Source of the DNA: Octopus sinensis
Lineage: Eukaryota
Assembly: GCF_006345805.1 (NCBI RefSeq)
Contig: NW_021835471.1
Coordinates: 1-64,000 of the forward strand
DNA: 64,000 nucleotides
Reading direction: 5' to 3'
Shown one piece after another: positions 52,765 to 64,000 of this stretch. The translations under genes were made by a program, and so were the position numbers. Below the pieces are notes generated by a model. That model was not told the origin of the DNA and did not search any database. It saw only the letters and a program-made list of their open reading frames with translations. Numbering within the stretch: the first letter of the stretch is position 1; each line of letters begins with the position of its first letter.

Positions 52765-53630
52765 TAAATCTGATCTGGCAGAGTTTCTACAGCTGGATGC
52801 CCTTCCAAACGCCAACCACTCCGAGAGTGTAGTGGGTGCTTTTACATGCCACCGGCACGAGGGCCAGTCTGGCGGTACTGACAACGGCCACGCTCGAAAT
52901 GGTGCTTTTTTATGTGCCACCTGCACAGGAGTCAGTCCAGCGGCACTGGCAACGACCTCACTCAAATGTTTTGTTCATGTGCCAGTAAGGTGACGCTGGT
53001 AACGATCACGCTCAAATGGTGCTATTTTTCGTGCCCACCGGCACGGAAGCCAGACAGCTGCTCTGGCAGTGGTCCCGCTCGGATGGAGCTGTTAGCGCTC
53101 CACTGGCCCGGGTGCCAATCATCGAATTTGGTTCATCAGCATCATCATCATCATCATTATTTAGCGTCCACTTTCCATGCCAGCATGGGTTGGACGGTTC
53201 AACTGGGGTCTGGGAAGCCAGAAGGCTGCACCAGGCCCCAGTCTGATCTGGCAGTGTTTCTACGGCTGGATGCCCTTCCTAACGCCAACCACTTCGTGAG
53301 TGTTGTGGGTGCTTATTAGGTGACACTGGCACAGGTGCCACACGAGGCTGGCAAACGGCCACGATCAGATGGTACTTTTTACGTGCCACCGGCACGGAGG
53401 CCAGGTGAGGCTGGCAAACAGCCACGATCGGATGGTGCTTTTACATGCCACCGGCACGGAGGCCAGGTGAGGCTGGCAACTGCCATGATCAGATGGTGCT
53501 TTTTACGTGCCACCGGCACATAGGCCAGTCGGGGCAGCGCTGGCAACGGCCACGTTTGGACGGTTCTCTTACGTGCCACCGGCACTGGATTCACAACTAC
53601 AAATTCCATTGATGTTGATCGATTTTGATT
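52765..53630 (-). mobile_element. RTE 3' UTR/tail copies (two adjacent)
   Basis: Same diagnostic 3' UTR motifs; further copies at 54110-54450 and 55645-55940 (minus) and 57288-57805 (plus). Confidence 0.75.
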
Positions 53631-53690
53631 TTGATTTTGATTTGTTGTTAATGAAAAAAAATTTAAAAACAAAAATGAAAGTAAACTTAC

Positions 53691-53730
53691 AAAAACACAA
53701 TGCAAACACACAGAACTGTAGAATGTCCAT
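53691..53730 (-). CDS. Ig-domain membrane receptor, leader exon: MDILQFCVFALCF (+1 nt)
   Basis: Minus strand reads tttttttttacag|ATC ATG GAC ATT CTA CAG TTC TGT GTG TTT GCA TTG TGT TTT T|gtaagt. Exon is 53691-53733, so an upstream non-coding exon is implied. Joined to the next exon it gives the signal peptide MDILQFCVFALCFCLMKA. Confidence 0.8.
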
Positions 53731-53792
53731 GATCTGTAAAAAAAAATTTACAAATTAAGAGATGACTACCAGAGCATGACAGATATGAGAAA

Positions 53793-55526
53793 TCTCTATA
53801 TATATATAAAACTGAGAATGTGTGTCTGTCTGTCTGTGTGTTTCCCTAAAACTTGAGAACTACACAACCAATTTCATCCAAATTTTACACATGCCTTACT
53901 TAGGGTCCGGGGAGTGTCATCGGCAAAAAAATTAGTATAAAATGTATCCAGGACTTGAACTCGAATATGTGGCTTTGCATGAATGGGAGAAATTAAAAGA
54001 TGAAAAATTTTATTGAGTGCAGAAGTGAATTAGTCCAGATGGAGCTGTGCACATACCATTTACCATAGCTGCTAGATTGAATTATATGCTTATAAAGTAG
54101 CATTCAGTATCATCATCATCATCATCGTTTAACGTCCGCTTTCCATGCTAGCATGGTTTGGACGGTTCAACTGGGGTCTGGCAAGCCCAAAGGCTGCACC
54201 AGGCCAGTCAGATCTGGCAGTGTTTCTACAGCTGGATGCCCTTCCTAATGCAAACCACTCCGAGAGTGTAGTGGGTGATTTTATGTGCCACCGACACAGG
54301 TGCCAGACGAGGCTGGCAGACGGCCACGCTCGGATGGTGTTTTTTATGTGCCACCGACACAGGTGCCAGACGAGGCTGGCAGACGGCCACGCTCGGATGG
54401 TGTTTTTTATGTGCCACCGACACAGGTGCCAGACGAGGCTGGCGTCTATGAGAATTTGGGGAGTACGTAATGTCTGGTCTTTCGCATGTAGCAGGTATGT
54501 AATTGTGCATTTGTTTCTATGTACTGTGTGTTGTGTGTAAAAAACATCCTGACGAGGGGAATGTCAATATTAAATATATGATATGTTTCATATTAATTGG
54601 CGCATCTCCGAGACAGCCCCTAGATGAACTTTTATGTATTTTTGTAAATTTGTATATTTATCTTCTATGTATTTTTCTCTAGAATTTTAATTCGTCTTTT
54701 TAATATGCTCTTTACTCTTTTTACTCTTTGCAGCCATGCTGGAGCACCACCTTTATTCTTTGTAAGCCCAGTACTTATTCTATCGGTCTCTTTTGCCGAA
54801 CTGCTAAGTAACGGGGACATAAAGACACCAGCATCGGTTGTCAAGCAATGCTAGGGGGACAAACACAGACGCACAAACATACATGCACACACACATATAT
54901 ATACATATATACGACGGGCTTCTTTCAGTTTCCGTCTACCAAATCCACTCACAAGGCTTTGGTCGGCCCGAGGCTATAGTAGAAGACACTTGCCCAAGGT
55001 GCCACGCAGTGGGACTGAACCCAGAACCATGTGGTTGGTAAACAAGCTACTTACCACACAGCCACTCCTGCGCCTATATATATATATACATATATACGAC
55101 GGGCTTCTTTCAGTTTCCGTCTACCAAATCCACTCATAAGGCTTTGGTCAGCCCGAGGCTATAGTAGAAGACACTTGCCCAAGGTGCCACGCAGTGGGAC
55201 TGAACCCAGAACCATGTGGTTGGTAAACAAGCTACTTACCACACAGCCACTCCTGCGCCTATATATATATATACATATATACGACGGGCTTCTTTCAGTT
55301 TCCGTCTACCAAATCCACTCATAGGCTTTGGTCGGCCCGAGGCTATAGTAGAAGACACTTGCCCAAGGTGCCATGCAGTGGGACTGAACCCAGAACCATG
55401 TGGTTGGTAAACAAGCTACTTACCACACAGCCACTCCTGCGCCTATACGTCATTGTATGTTTTATTACCCCAAATTTTAATTTAACACATTTATACCAAA
55501 CTGGCAATGCCGGGTCATAATGCTAG
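53793..55526 (+). mobile_element. Non-autonomous Helitron-like element containing nested RTE-tail and SINE insertions
   Basis: 5' a|TCTCTATATATATATAAAA...(gtct)n, 3' ctggcaatgccggg...GCTAG|t: TC/CTAG ends, subterminal hairpin-like motif, A|T insertion site. That both ends belong to one element is inferred. Confidence 0.55.
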
Positions 55527-57007
55527 TTATTAATATTTACTTGGAGAATAATCGTTAGCATGCCAAATGAAATGAACATGCTGATGGTGAAAATGGCATT
55601 TTGACCATCTGTATGTTCTTAGTTCAAATTCCACCGAGGCTAACATCATCATCATCATCATCATCGTTTAACGTCCGTTCTCCATGCTAGCATGGGTTGG
55701 ACGGTTCGACCAGGGATCTGGGAAGCCAGAAGGCTGCACCAGGCTCCAGTCTGATCTGGCAATGTTTCTACAGCTGGATGCCCTTCCTAACACCAACCAC
55801 TCCGTGAGTGTAGTGGGTGCTTTTTACGTACCACCTGCTCAGGTGCCAGGCGAGGCTGGCAACGGCCACGGTCGGATTGGTGTATTTTATGTGCCACCAG
55901 CACGGAAGCCAGTCGAGGCGGAGCTGTCATCGGCCACTGACTTTAATCCTCCTGGGGTCGATAAAATAAGTACCAGTTGAGCTTCTTGATAGACATTTTT
56001 GGTCTTTTCATGAAGGGCATAAATAAACAAATGATTAGGATTTCTGACTCTTGAACATCCTACATAAAGTTGGCCATGGGGAAAAACTGGTTCCGTAAGG
56101 TTCAGGCCTACCACATCCAGAACTGCCCCTGGGCCTTGTTAATGCTCATTGCAGGAGTGGCTGTGTGGTAAGTAGCTTGCCTACCAACCACATGGTTCTG
56201 GGTTCAGTCCCACTGCGTGGCATCTTGGGCAAGTGTCTTCTGCTATAGCCTCGGGCCGACCAATGCCTTGTGAGTGGATTTGGTAGACAGAAACTGAAAG
56301 AAGCCTGTCGTATATATGTATATATATGTATGTATGTATGTGCATGTATATGTATGTGTGTGTGTGTGTGTTTGTGTGTCTGTGTTTGTCCCTCTAGCAT
56401 TGCTTGACAACCGATGCTGGTGTGTTTACGTCCCCGTCACTTAGCAGTTCAGCAAAAGAGACCGATAGAATAAGTACTGGGCTTACAAAGAATAAGTCCC
56501 GGGGTCGATTTGCACGACTAAAGGCGGTGCTCCAGCATGGCCACAGTCAAATGACTGAAACATGTATAGAGTAAAAAGAGAGTAAAAGCTCAGTTTCAAC
56601 AGGGATTGCAGGTGCTGGGGTTGATGTAATCAACTTAACCCCTTCCCCAAATTGCTGTTTGGAACCAATATTACAAATTAGTTGTTCTCTAAATTTAAGG
56701 GCAATCTGAAGGTAGAGTTAGCAGTTCTTCTTAATGGCATTGGCATCGCAATGGGACCTGAAGAAGCAAAAGCTAAAGCTACTTTTTGTTGCCAAAGCAC
56801 CAGGAATAAAAAGAAGGCATTTGTCCCATGAGCGATACAGTGGGATTGAACCTGGACCCTGGTAGTTGGAAAGCGAATTTCTTATCACAACCAATGCACA
56901 CACACACAACACACAATTACATGACCAACCAGGCTATCAGATGTTACACATATTTGGTGACAATGTCCTTCAGTGCATATATGTGTGTGTGTGTGTGTGT
57001 GTATGTG

Positions 57008-57060
<53 letters not shown>

Positions 57061-57760
57061 GTAAGTTATACTAGCCATCTCAATATGGCTAACCACTAAG
57101 GGTGGGTGTTACTGTAGCTTGTAGCCCCAGGAGAACATCGTCTCCAGCTGGCTTTAGGCACGCTTTCTGTGCCTATTGAGATGGCTAGTATACCTTACAT
57201 TGTCATGCAGTTACTGTTTACATCTCGTTCTGAGATTTATTATTGCTTATATATATATATATGTATATATATATGTATATATATATATGGCACGTAAAAG
57301 CACCATCCGTTCGTGTCTGTTGCCAGCCTCGCCTGGCCCCCGTGTCGGTGGCACGTAAAAGCACCATCCGTTCGTGTCCGTTGCCAGCATCGGTCCGTTG
57401 CCAGCCTCGCCTAGCCCCCGTGCCGGTGACACGTAAAAGCACCATTCGTTCGTGGCCGTTTGCCAGCTCTGTCTGGCCCCGTAAAAGCACCATCCGTTCG
57501 TGTCCGTTGCCAGCATTACCTGGCCCCGTGCCGGTGACATGTAAAAGCACCATCCGTTCATGGCCGTTTACCAGCTCTGTCTAGCACCTGTGCAGGTGGC
57601 ACGTAAAAAGCACCCACTACACTCACGGAGTGGTTGGCGTTAGGAAGGGCATCCAGCCGTAGAAACACTGCCAGATTAGACTGGGCCTGACGAAGCCTTC
57701 CAGCTTCACAGACCCCAGTTGAACCGTCCAACCCATGCTAGCATGGAAAGCGGACGCTAA

Positions 57761-57804
<44 letters not shown>

Positions 57805-57814
57805 ATATGTATAT

Positions 57815-58139
57815 ATAATTATAATTAAGGGTTAATTGCAACAAGTTGCTCAAAACCACATACCGAAAATATTAGAAACAGCAGCCAAAATTGATCACTA
57901 TTTCCTCTACTAATAAAAAGTCTCCACAAACAAATAGAATTTGTAAGCTGTATATGGCAAAAGGCAGATGGGATTTCGTTATTTTCTGCCTTTTTTGCCA
58001 TATACAGCTTACAAATTCTATTTGTTTGTGGAGACTTTTTATTAGTAGAGGAAATAGTGATCAATTTTGGCTGCTGTTTCTAATATTTTCGGTACGTGGT
58101 TTTGAGCAACTTGTTGCAATTAACCCTTAATTATAATTA
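57815..58139. repeat. Near-perfect palindrome (foldback element): ~150-bp arms, ~16-nt spacer
   Basis: 57815-57968 is the reverse complement of 57985-58139 with one substitution and one A-run indel. Confidence 0.95.
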
Positions 58140-58293
58140 TTATAACCCTTACCAAATATGGTCTTTTCCATACCGATAAATCTACTAGGTGAAATTGATT
58201 AATTTTATTAAATTAATTATATTCCACCCTTTATTGCATATTGAATATATGTATATATATATATATATATATATGTATACATATATATATATG

Positions 58294-58336
<43 letters not shown>

Positions 58337-58468
58337 GTATACACACATATATATATATGTATATACACACACGCACACACACACACATATATATTGTATA
58401 CACACACACAACACATATATATATATATGTATACACACACACACACACACACATATATATATGTATAT

Positions 58469-58513
<45 letters not shown>

Positions 58514-58857
58514 GAAATGAGGTAATCAGAAGATCGGATGGTTTATATTTACAGATATTTATTTGTATATTACATGTTTTTATACATCATATAACTTAGA
58601 CCATGTATTAGCGCTTTCTCCCATTCTAGTGCGGTTTTCAAATCAAACTAAGTTCCTGTGTGAAAGGGTTTTTGACCATTTTATAGTGGTATTGAGTTTG
58701 TAGTGGTGGGGGGGGGAATATAAGACAGTACAAGAGGGTGATGGATGAGGAGAGAGCATGTGTGTGTGTGTGTGCGTGTGTGTGTGCGTGTGTGTGTAAC
58801 ATATGGCTAACGTAGAGGGAACAACACGAGGCCAAAGCAAGGTTTTGTTAACTGCGC

Positions 58858-59009
58858 AACAGGAACTGGCCACGCCCATAAATTATGATTCCTTGAATTC
58901 AAGTGGAGGTTATCTCCCTTGTACAACTTAGCATCCCGTAACAGGAAGTGGCCACGCCCGTAAATTATGATGACTTAGTGTCACATAACAGGAACTTGGC
59001 CACGCCCAT
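58858..59009. promoter_or_regulatory. Three composite motifs AACAGGAA(C/G)T(T)GGCCACGCCC (ETS-like + Sp/KLF-like), flanked by divergent TATA-like boxes (minus 58679-58685, plus 59075-59084)
   Basis: Copies at 58858, 58940 and 58987 with unrelated spacers; function is inferred from motif consensus only. Confidence 0.5.
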
Positions 59010-59362
59010 GATACGTGGCATCTTGCAGATGGAAAGAGGCAGGCTTCCATCTCTTGACTTGATGTTTGCTGCTGTATATAAAAACGGAGGCTTGATACTT
59101 TGCCTACTTGCCTACATTCTGGCCTTACTTTTAGATCTTACGGACTATATTACCTGGACTACTAATCCGTGGAATTAATATGGTATTGACTAAGGCAAGT
59201 GACTATAAAATTGTGAAATTCTTTGTGAATGAATGGATGATAAAACGTAAAAAGTTTTGAGTGGTTATATGGAATGTTTAAACCAGAATTTTATCCGGAC
59301 ATTTTTTTAATGAAGTTCTTCACAAAATCCCTTCAGAGCGTGTAAATTGCGGTTATAACGAA

Positions 59363-59748
59363 CTAGCAGTATCGCCCGGCGTTGCTCAGGTTTGTAAGGG
59401 AAATAACTATAAAGCATTTTTAGAGAGTTATAGCCAAAAAATAGCAAAAAAATAGAAAAAAAATTATGGTAAATTTTTTTTTGAGAGTAAAAAAAGGTTG
59501 AGTTGCGTCCCCTAGACAGTCTGTGGTTTATTTTTTTTGATTCTCGACCCCATGTCGAATTATCGATTTTTTTCAGAACTGGGGGAACTTTTCAAAATTT
59601 TCGCTGCGTTAGTTTTGAATTATGACATTGGGCTATGTGTGTGTCAAGTTTCATCAGAATCGGTTGAAAGCCGTGGTCAGAGTGAGGGTACGAGAAAACA
59701 GACACACAGAAACACGCACAGACAAACTTCCGTTTATATAGAGAGAGA
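59363..59748 (-). mobile_element. Non-autonomous Helitron-like element (~385 bp)
   Basis: Reverse complement starts TCTCTCTCTATATAAA and ends cctgagcaacgccgggcgatactgCTAG followed by t. Confidence 0.65.
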
Positions 59749-59869
59749 TTTACTTAGATAACTTTCGGATCTTTTCCGTTTGACCGGCAGTTTTTTAAAA
59801 ATAATTTCCACGTAACTAAACACTTTTAAAAACTTCGTATACTGGTAGAATGTGTTTATAAAACGGCAA

Positions 59870-60260
59870 TCTTTCGTCTCTAGTAGACCTTTCCGTCGAT
59901 TTCCGTAAAAAAATTTTTTTTTTTATTTTACATATGGGCTTGCGGGAACTTTTGAAGTAATGAGAGCGAAAGAGACTAAGAGAATGCGATTGTATGACGA
60001 GGGAATTTCTTTTGAAGTTATCAAAGCATTGATGTACATGTGTGTGTTTGATGGGGTGTGGGAGACAGACAGTATGTTGTGTAAGTGAAGTGCTTCTGTT
60101 AGTGTGTGTGAAGAGACAGAGTAATGTGTGAAAGAAAGAGATAACTGAAATTTTTTACTCGGTGTATGTGTATATGTATGTATATTACTTCAAAAGTTCC
60201 CGCAAGCCCATATGTAAAAAAAAATTTTTTTACGGAAATCGACGGAAAGGTCTACTAGAT
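59870..60260. mobile_element. MITE with ~85-bp TIRs (copy 1)
   Basis: tctagtagacctttccgtcgatttccgt...gaagtaat and its reverse complement at ~60184-60260. Confidence 0.8.
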
Positions 60261-60654
60261 CGCCAAATTGGCAAATGATATGACCGTAATATACACCACC
60301 TGAAAGCGGCGGAGGTTAGGTGTAAATATATCTCATCTTCTGTCTTTTTGGGGGTCGGGGGTATCTTTCTTTCCCAAAATTTATTCGGGTGTCTATATTT
60401 CCGATGGAGGAGATTACGATTTGGCTAAAAAAAAAAACAAAAAAACCCACCTCTCTTTACTCTTTTACTTGTTTCAGTCATTTGACTCCGCCATGCTGGA
60501 GCACCACCTTTCGTCGAATAATCCATTCCATTATTCTACCGGTCTCTCCTTGCCGAGCCGCAAAGTGACTGGGATGTAAACACACCAACATCAGTTTTCA
60601 AGTGATGGTGGGTGAGACAAACACAGACACAAACAATAAACACGTACACACACA

Positions 60655-60691
<37 letters not shown>

Positions 60692-60715
60692 CATATATAT
60701 ATATATATACATACA

Positions 60716-60753
<38 letters not shown>

Positions 60754-61011
60754 CATACATACATATATATATATATACATACGGCGGGTTTCTTTCAGTT
60801 TCCGTCTACCAAATCCACTCACAAGGCTTTGGTCGGCCCGAGGCTATAGTAGAAGACACTTGCCCAAGATACCACGCAGTGGGACTGAACCCAGAAACAT
60901 GTGGTTGAGAAGCAAGCTTCTTACCACAAAGCCACTCCTGCGCCAGTTTTCAAAAGTTTATTTCTTCTCCCCGCCCCATTTTTCACTTCCTTCAAACTTT
61001 TTTTTTTTGCG

Positions 61012-61478
61012 ATCTTTCGTCTCTAGTAGACCTTTCCGTCGATTTCCGTGAAAAAAATTTTTTTTTTACATATGGGCTTGCGGGAACTTTTGAAGTAATC
61101 TACATACACATACATACATACACACACACACATACATGCATACATACATATACACATACACCGAGTAAAAAATTTCAGTTATCTCTTTCTCTTTCACACA
61201 TTACTCTGTCTCTTCACACACACTAACAGAAGCACTTCACTTACACAACATACTGTCTGTCTCCCACACCCCATCAAACACACACACACACACATGTACA
61301 TCAATGCTTCCCCTGGACGGTAACTTCAAAAGAACTTCCCTCGTCATACAATCGCTTTCTCTTAGTCTCTTTCGCTCTCATTACTTCAAAAGTTCCCGCA
61401 AGCCCATATGTAAAAAAAAAAAAAAAAAATTTTTTTTTACGGAAATCGACGGAAAGGTCTACCAAAGACGAAAGATTG
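61012..61478. mobile_element. Same MITE, copy 2, inverted relative to copy 1
   Basis: Same TIRs; internal sequence is the reverse complement of 59960-60180. Confidence 0.8.
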
Positions 61479-62373
61479 CCTTTTTTTAAATCTACGTTGG
61501 AAAAATACAGATAACAAATCTGGGGGGAAGGGGGGGATTTCTAATTATGGATTTTCTTCCAAAAACCTCCCGTGTTTCTTTTTCCCACTTCTTCCCGCTT
61601 TCAAGCCATCACCTGATAACCCAATATGCTAGAAATAACAGCTGAGTGTCTGCGGAAATATTTTTTTCCGTGGCTTAACGATTCCCCCCGCCCCCCCTCT
61701 AAATCTCAACCTAACCCCTATCTATTTCAATTTTAATGCTATGCCACAATCTATTTTCATATAGTGTTACTATGGAATTATTTGCTATATTTCGTAATGA
61801 AGACTGCGTAAGTTATGTATATATATTCGATGTCGATTTGCAACGATCCTTCGTTTGCGCGCCCAAGTCTGAGAAAAAATAGCCCCGGGCCGACCAATGC
61901 CTTGTGAGTGGATTTGGTAGACGGAAACTGAAAGAAGCCTGTCGTATATATATATATATATGTATGTATGTGTGTGTGTTTGTGTGTCAGTGTTTGTCTC
62001 CCTAGGATTGCTTGACAACCGATGCTGGTGTGTTTACGTCGCCGTCACTTAGCGGTTCGGCAAAAGACACCGATAGAATAAGTACTGGGCTTACAAAGAA
62101 TAAGTCCCGGGGTCGATTTGCTCGACTAAAGGCGGTGCTCCAGCATGGCCGCAGTCAAATGACTGAAACAAGTAAAAAAGTAAAATAAAAATAAAAAATT
62201 GCCGACAGAACTGTTCACAGAAATATTGCATCAAAATAAGGGCGATCCTTCGATATTCGGATTCAGAGTATCGGTGTGAGAAGAGATCGTTCGCCCTCTG
62301 TTCCGGCCTAGCTTCGTTATCTATGTCACGAACGAAGGTGTGAGTTGTGAGGATATACTATGTCGTCTACTAA

Positions 62374-64000
62374 GGCGGCGAGCTGGCAGAAACGTTAGCG
62401 CACAGGGCGAAATGCTTAGCGGTATTTCGTCCGTCTTTCCGTTCTGAGTTCAAATTCCGCCGAGGTCGACTTTGCCTTTCATCCTTTCGGGGTCGATAAA
62501 TTAAGTACCAGTTACGCACTGGGGTCGATGTAATCGACTTAATACCTATGTCTGTCCTTGTTTGTCCCCTCTACGTTTAGCCCCTTGTGGGTAATAAAGA
62601 AATAAGAAACGTTAGCATGCTGGCCGAAATGCTTAGCAGTATTTCGTCTGTCGTTACGTTCTGAGTTCAAATTCCGCCGAAGTCAACTTTGCCTTTCATC
62701 CTTTCGGGGTCGATTAAATAAGTACCAGTTTCGCACTGGGGTCGATATAATCGACTTAATCCGTTTGTTTGTCCTCTCTGTGTTTAGCCCCTTGTGGGTA
62801 GCAAAGAAATAAAAATTATGAGAATGATTCACTGTACTGTGAATTGGAGATTGTGTCCCAGTCGACTGTAAATATAATGGGATTCTGATTCTACAGTTCC
62901 CTTTATGACCGCCTCCAACATCTCTGCTTTTCTACCCGGAACATGGTGCAGGTTTAATCTTCTGTCTTCATATAATCAGCAACCTAGAATGTCTGCATAA
63001 CTTTGCACCCCGTTTTAAGAACCAAAAGAAAGGTTTGTGGCATAATAGGAGGTCACCGGAATTCATTCAACGAAAAATAAAAGAAAAAGTTTGGGGTCCG
63101 ATCTCCCTTCTCCACTTCTTCTGAACAAAAATAAGGGGGTCAGGGTACTTTAATCTACGCAAAAAATCCGAGTTTTTTTTTTTCTTTATTAGTGAAAATC
63201 GTGCGGGTGAAAGTAACAAATAATACCTATTTCTTTATAACCCACAAGGGGCTAAACTTAGAGGGGACAAACATAGGTATTAAGTCGATTACATCGACTC
63301 CAGTACGTAACTGGTACTTAATTTATTGACTCCGAAAGGATGAAAGGCAAAGAAGACCTCGGCGGAATTTGAACTCACAACGTAACAGCAGACGAAATAC
63401 CTATTTCTTTACTACCCACGAGGGGCTAAACATAGAGGGGACAAACAAGGACAGACATAGGTATTAAGTCGATTACATCGACCTCAGTGCGTAACTGGTG
63501 CTTAATTTATCGACCACGAAAGGATGAAAGGTAAAGTCGACCTCGGCGGAATTTGAACTCACAACGTAACGGCAGACGAAATACCTATTTCTTTATTACC
63601 CACAAGGGGCTAAACATAGAGGGGACAAACAAGGACAGACATAGGTATTGAGTCGATTACATCGACCTCAGTGCGTAACTGGTGCTTAATTTATCCACCA
63701 CGAAAGGATGAAAGGCAAATCGACCTCGGCGGAATTTGAACTCACAACGTAACCGCAGACGAAATACCTATTTCTTTACTACCCACAAGGGGCTAAACAT
63801 AGAGGGGACAAACAAGGACAGACAAAGGGATTAAGTCGATTACATCGACCCCAGTGCGTAACTGGTACTTAATTTATCAACCCCGAAAGGATGAAAGGCA
63901 AAGTCGACCTTGGCGGAATTTGAACTCACAACGTAACGGCAGACGAAATACCTATTTCTTTACTACCCACAAGGGGCTAAACATAGAGGGGACAAACAAG
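62374..64000. mobile_element. SINE family B arrays: plus-strand pair (62374-62815) and minus-strand array of 4 or more units (63220-64000, runs off the window)
   Basis: Same unit sequence; the two arrays are inverted relative to each other. Confidence 0.85.

Noticed and set aside
34589-53733. Clustered-protocadherin/sDscam-like cassettes, each with its own leader
   Set aside because: Only one leader exon was found; the intervals upstream of micro-exons 2 and 3 are essentially all repeats with no signal-peptide exon, so tandem domains in one gene is the simpler model.
54548-54610. Second hammerhead-like motif (ctgacgag...cgagac)
   Set aside because: The GAAA box is mutated and stem II is long and poorly paired.
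58575-58625. Minus-strand ATG GGA GAA... as an in-frame first coding exon of the receptor
   Set aside because: Needs a weak GTATAA donor and would put a polar extension before a complete signal peptide; unsupported without transcripts.
58948-59178. 76-aa plus-strand ORF with a hydrophobic stretch
   Set aside because: Overlaps the motif cluster and TATA box, with no supporting splice or family signal; treated as a chance ORF.

Overview
Repeat-rich, AT-rich eukaryotic genomic DNA. The SINE/LINE families and microsatellite load suggest an octopod cephalopod (Octopus); this is inferred from recalled repeat sequences, not from a search. Two spliced protein-coding genes can be rebuilt by hand, and neither appears intact in the ORF track. 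(1) A plus-strand, two-exon gene (5164-5347 + 9357-9532) encodes a 119-aa secreted, cationic, 8-Cys galaxin-like protein. (2) A minus-strand gene with 8 coding exons (53730 down to 29482) encodes a ~371-aa type I membrane protein: signal peptide, three atypical V-like Ig domains, one TM helix and a 34-aa Tyr/Cys-containing tail. Each Ig domain is split into a 39-nt micro-exon plus a 249-nt exon, all phase 1-1. The domains lack the canonical B-F disulfide and carry a CxxxC pair instead. The domain-2 micro-exon has one extra A, either an assembly error or a real frameshift. Locally duplicated inverted repeats in the introns could form two mutually exclusive pre-mRNA hairpins, one looping out the domain-2 exon and the other the whole domain-3 module. 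The two genes converge on a ~14.8-kb satellite (~106-bp monomer) that visibly grew out of the ORF of the adjacent RTE-type LINE. The rest is SINEs, LINE 3' ends (often in head-to-tail arrays), MITEs, non-autonomous Helitron-like elements, mariner and Gypsy relics, palindromes and microsatellites.
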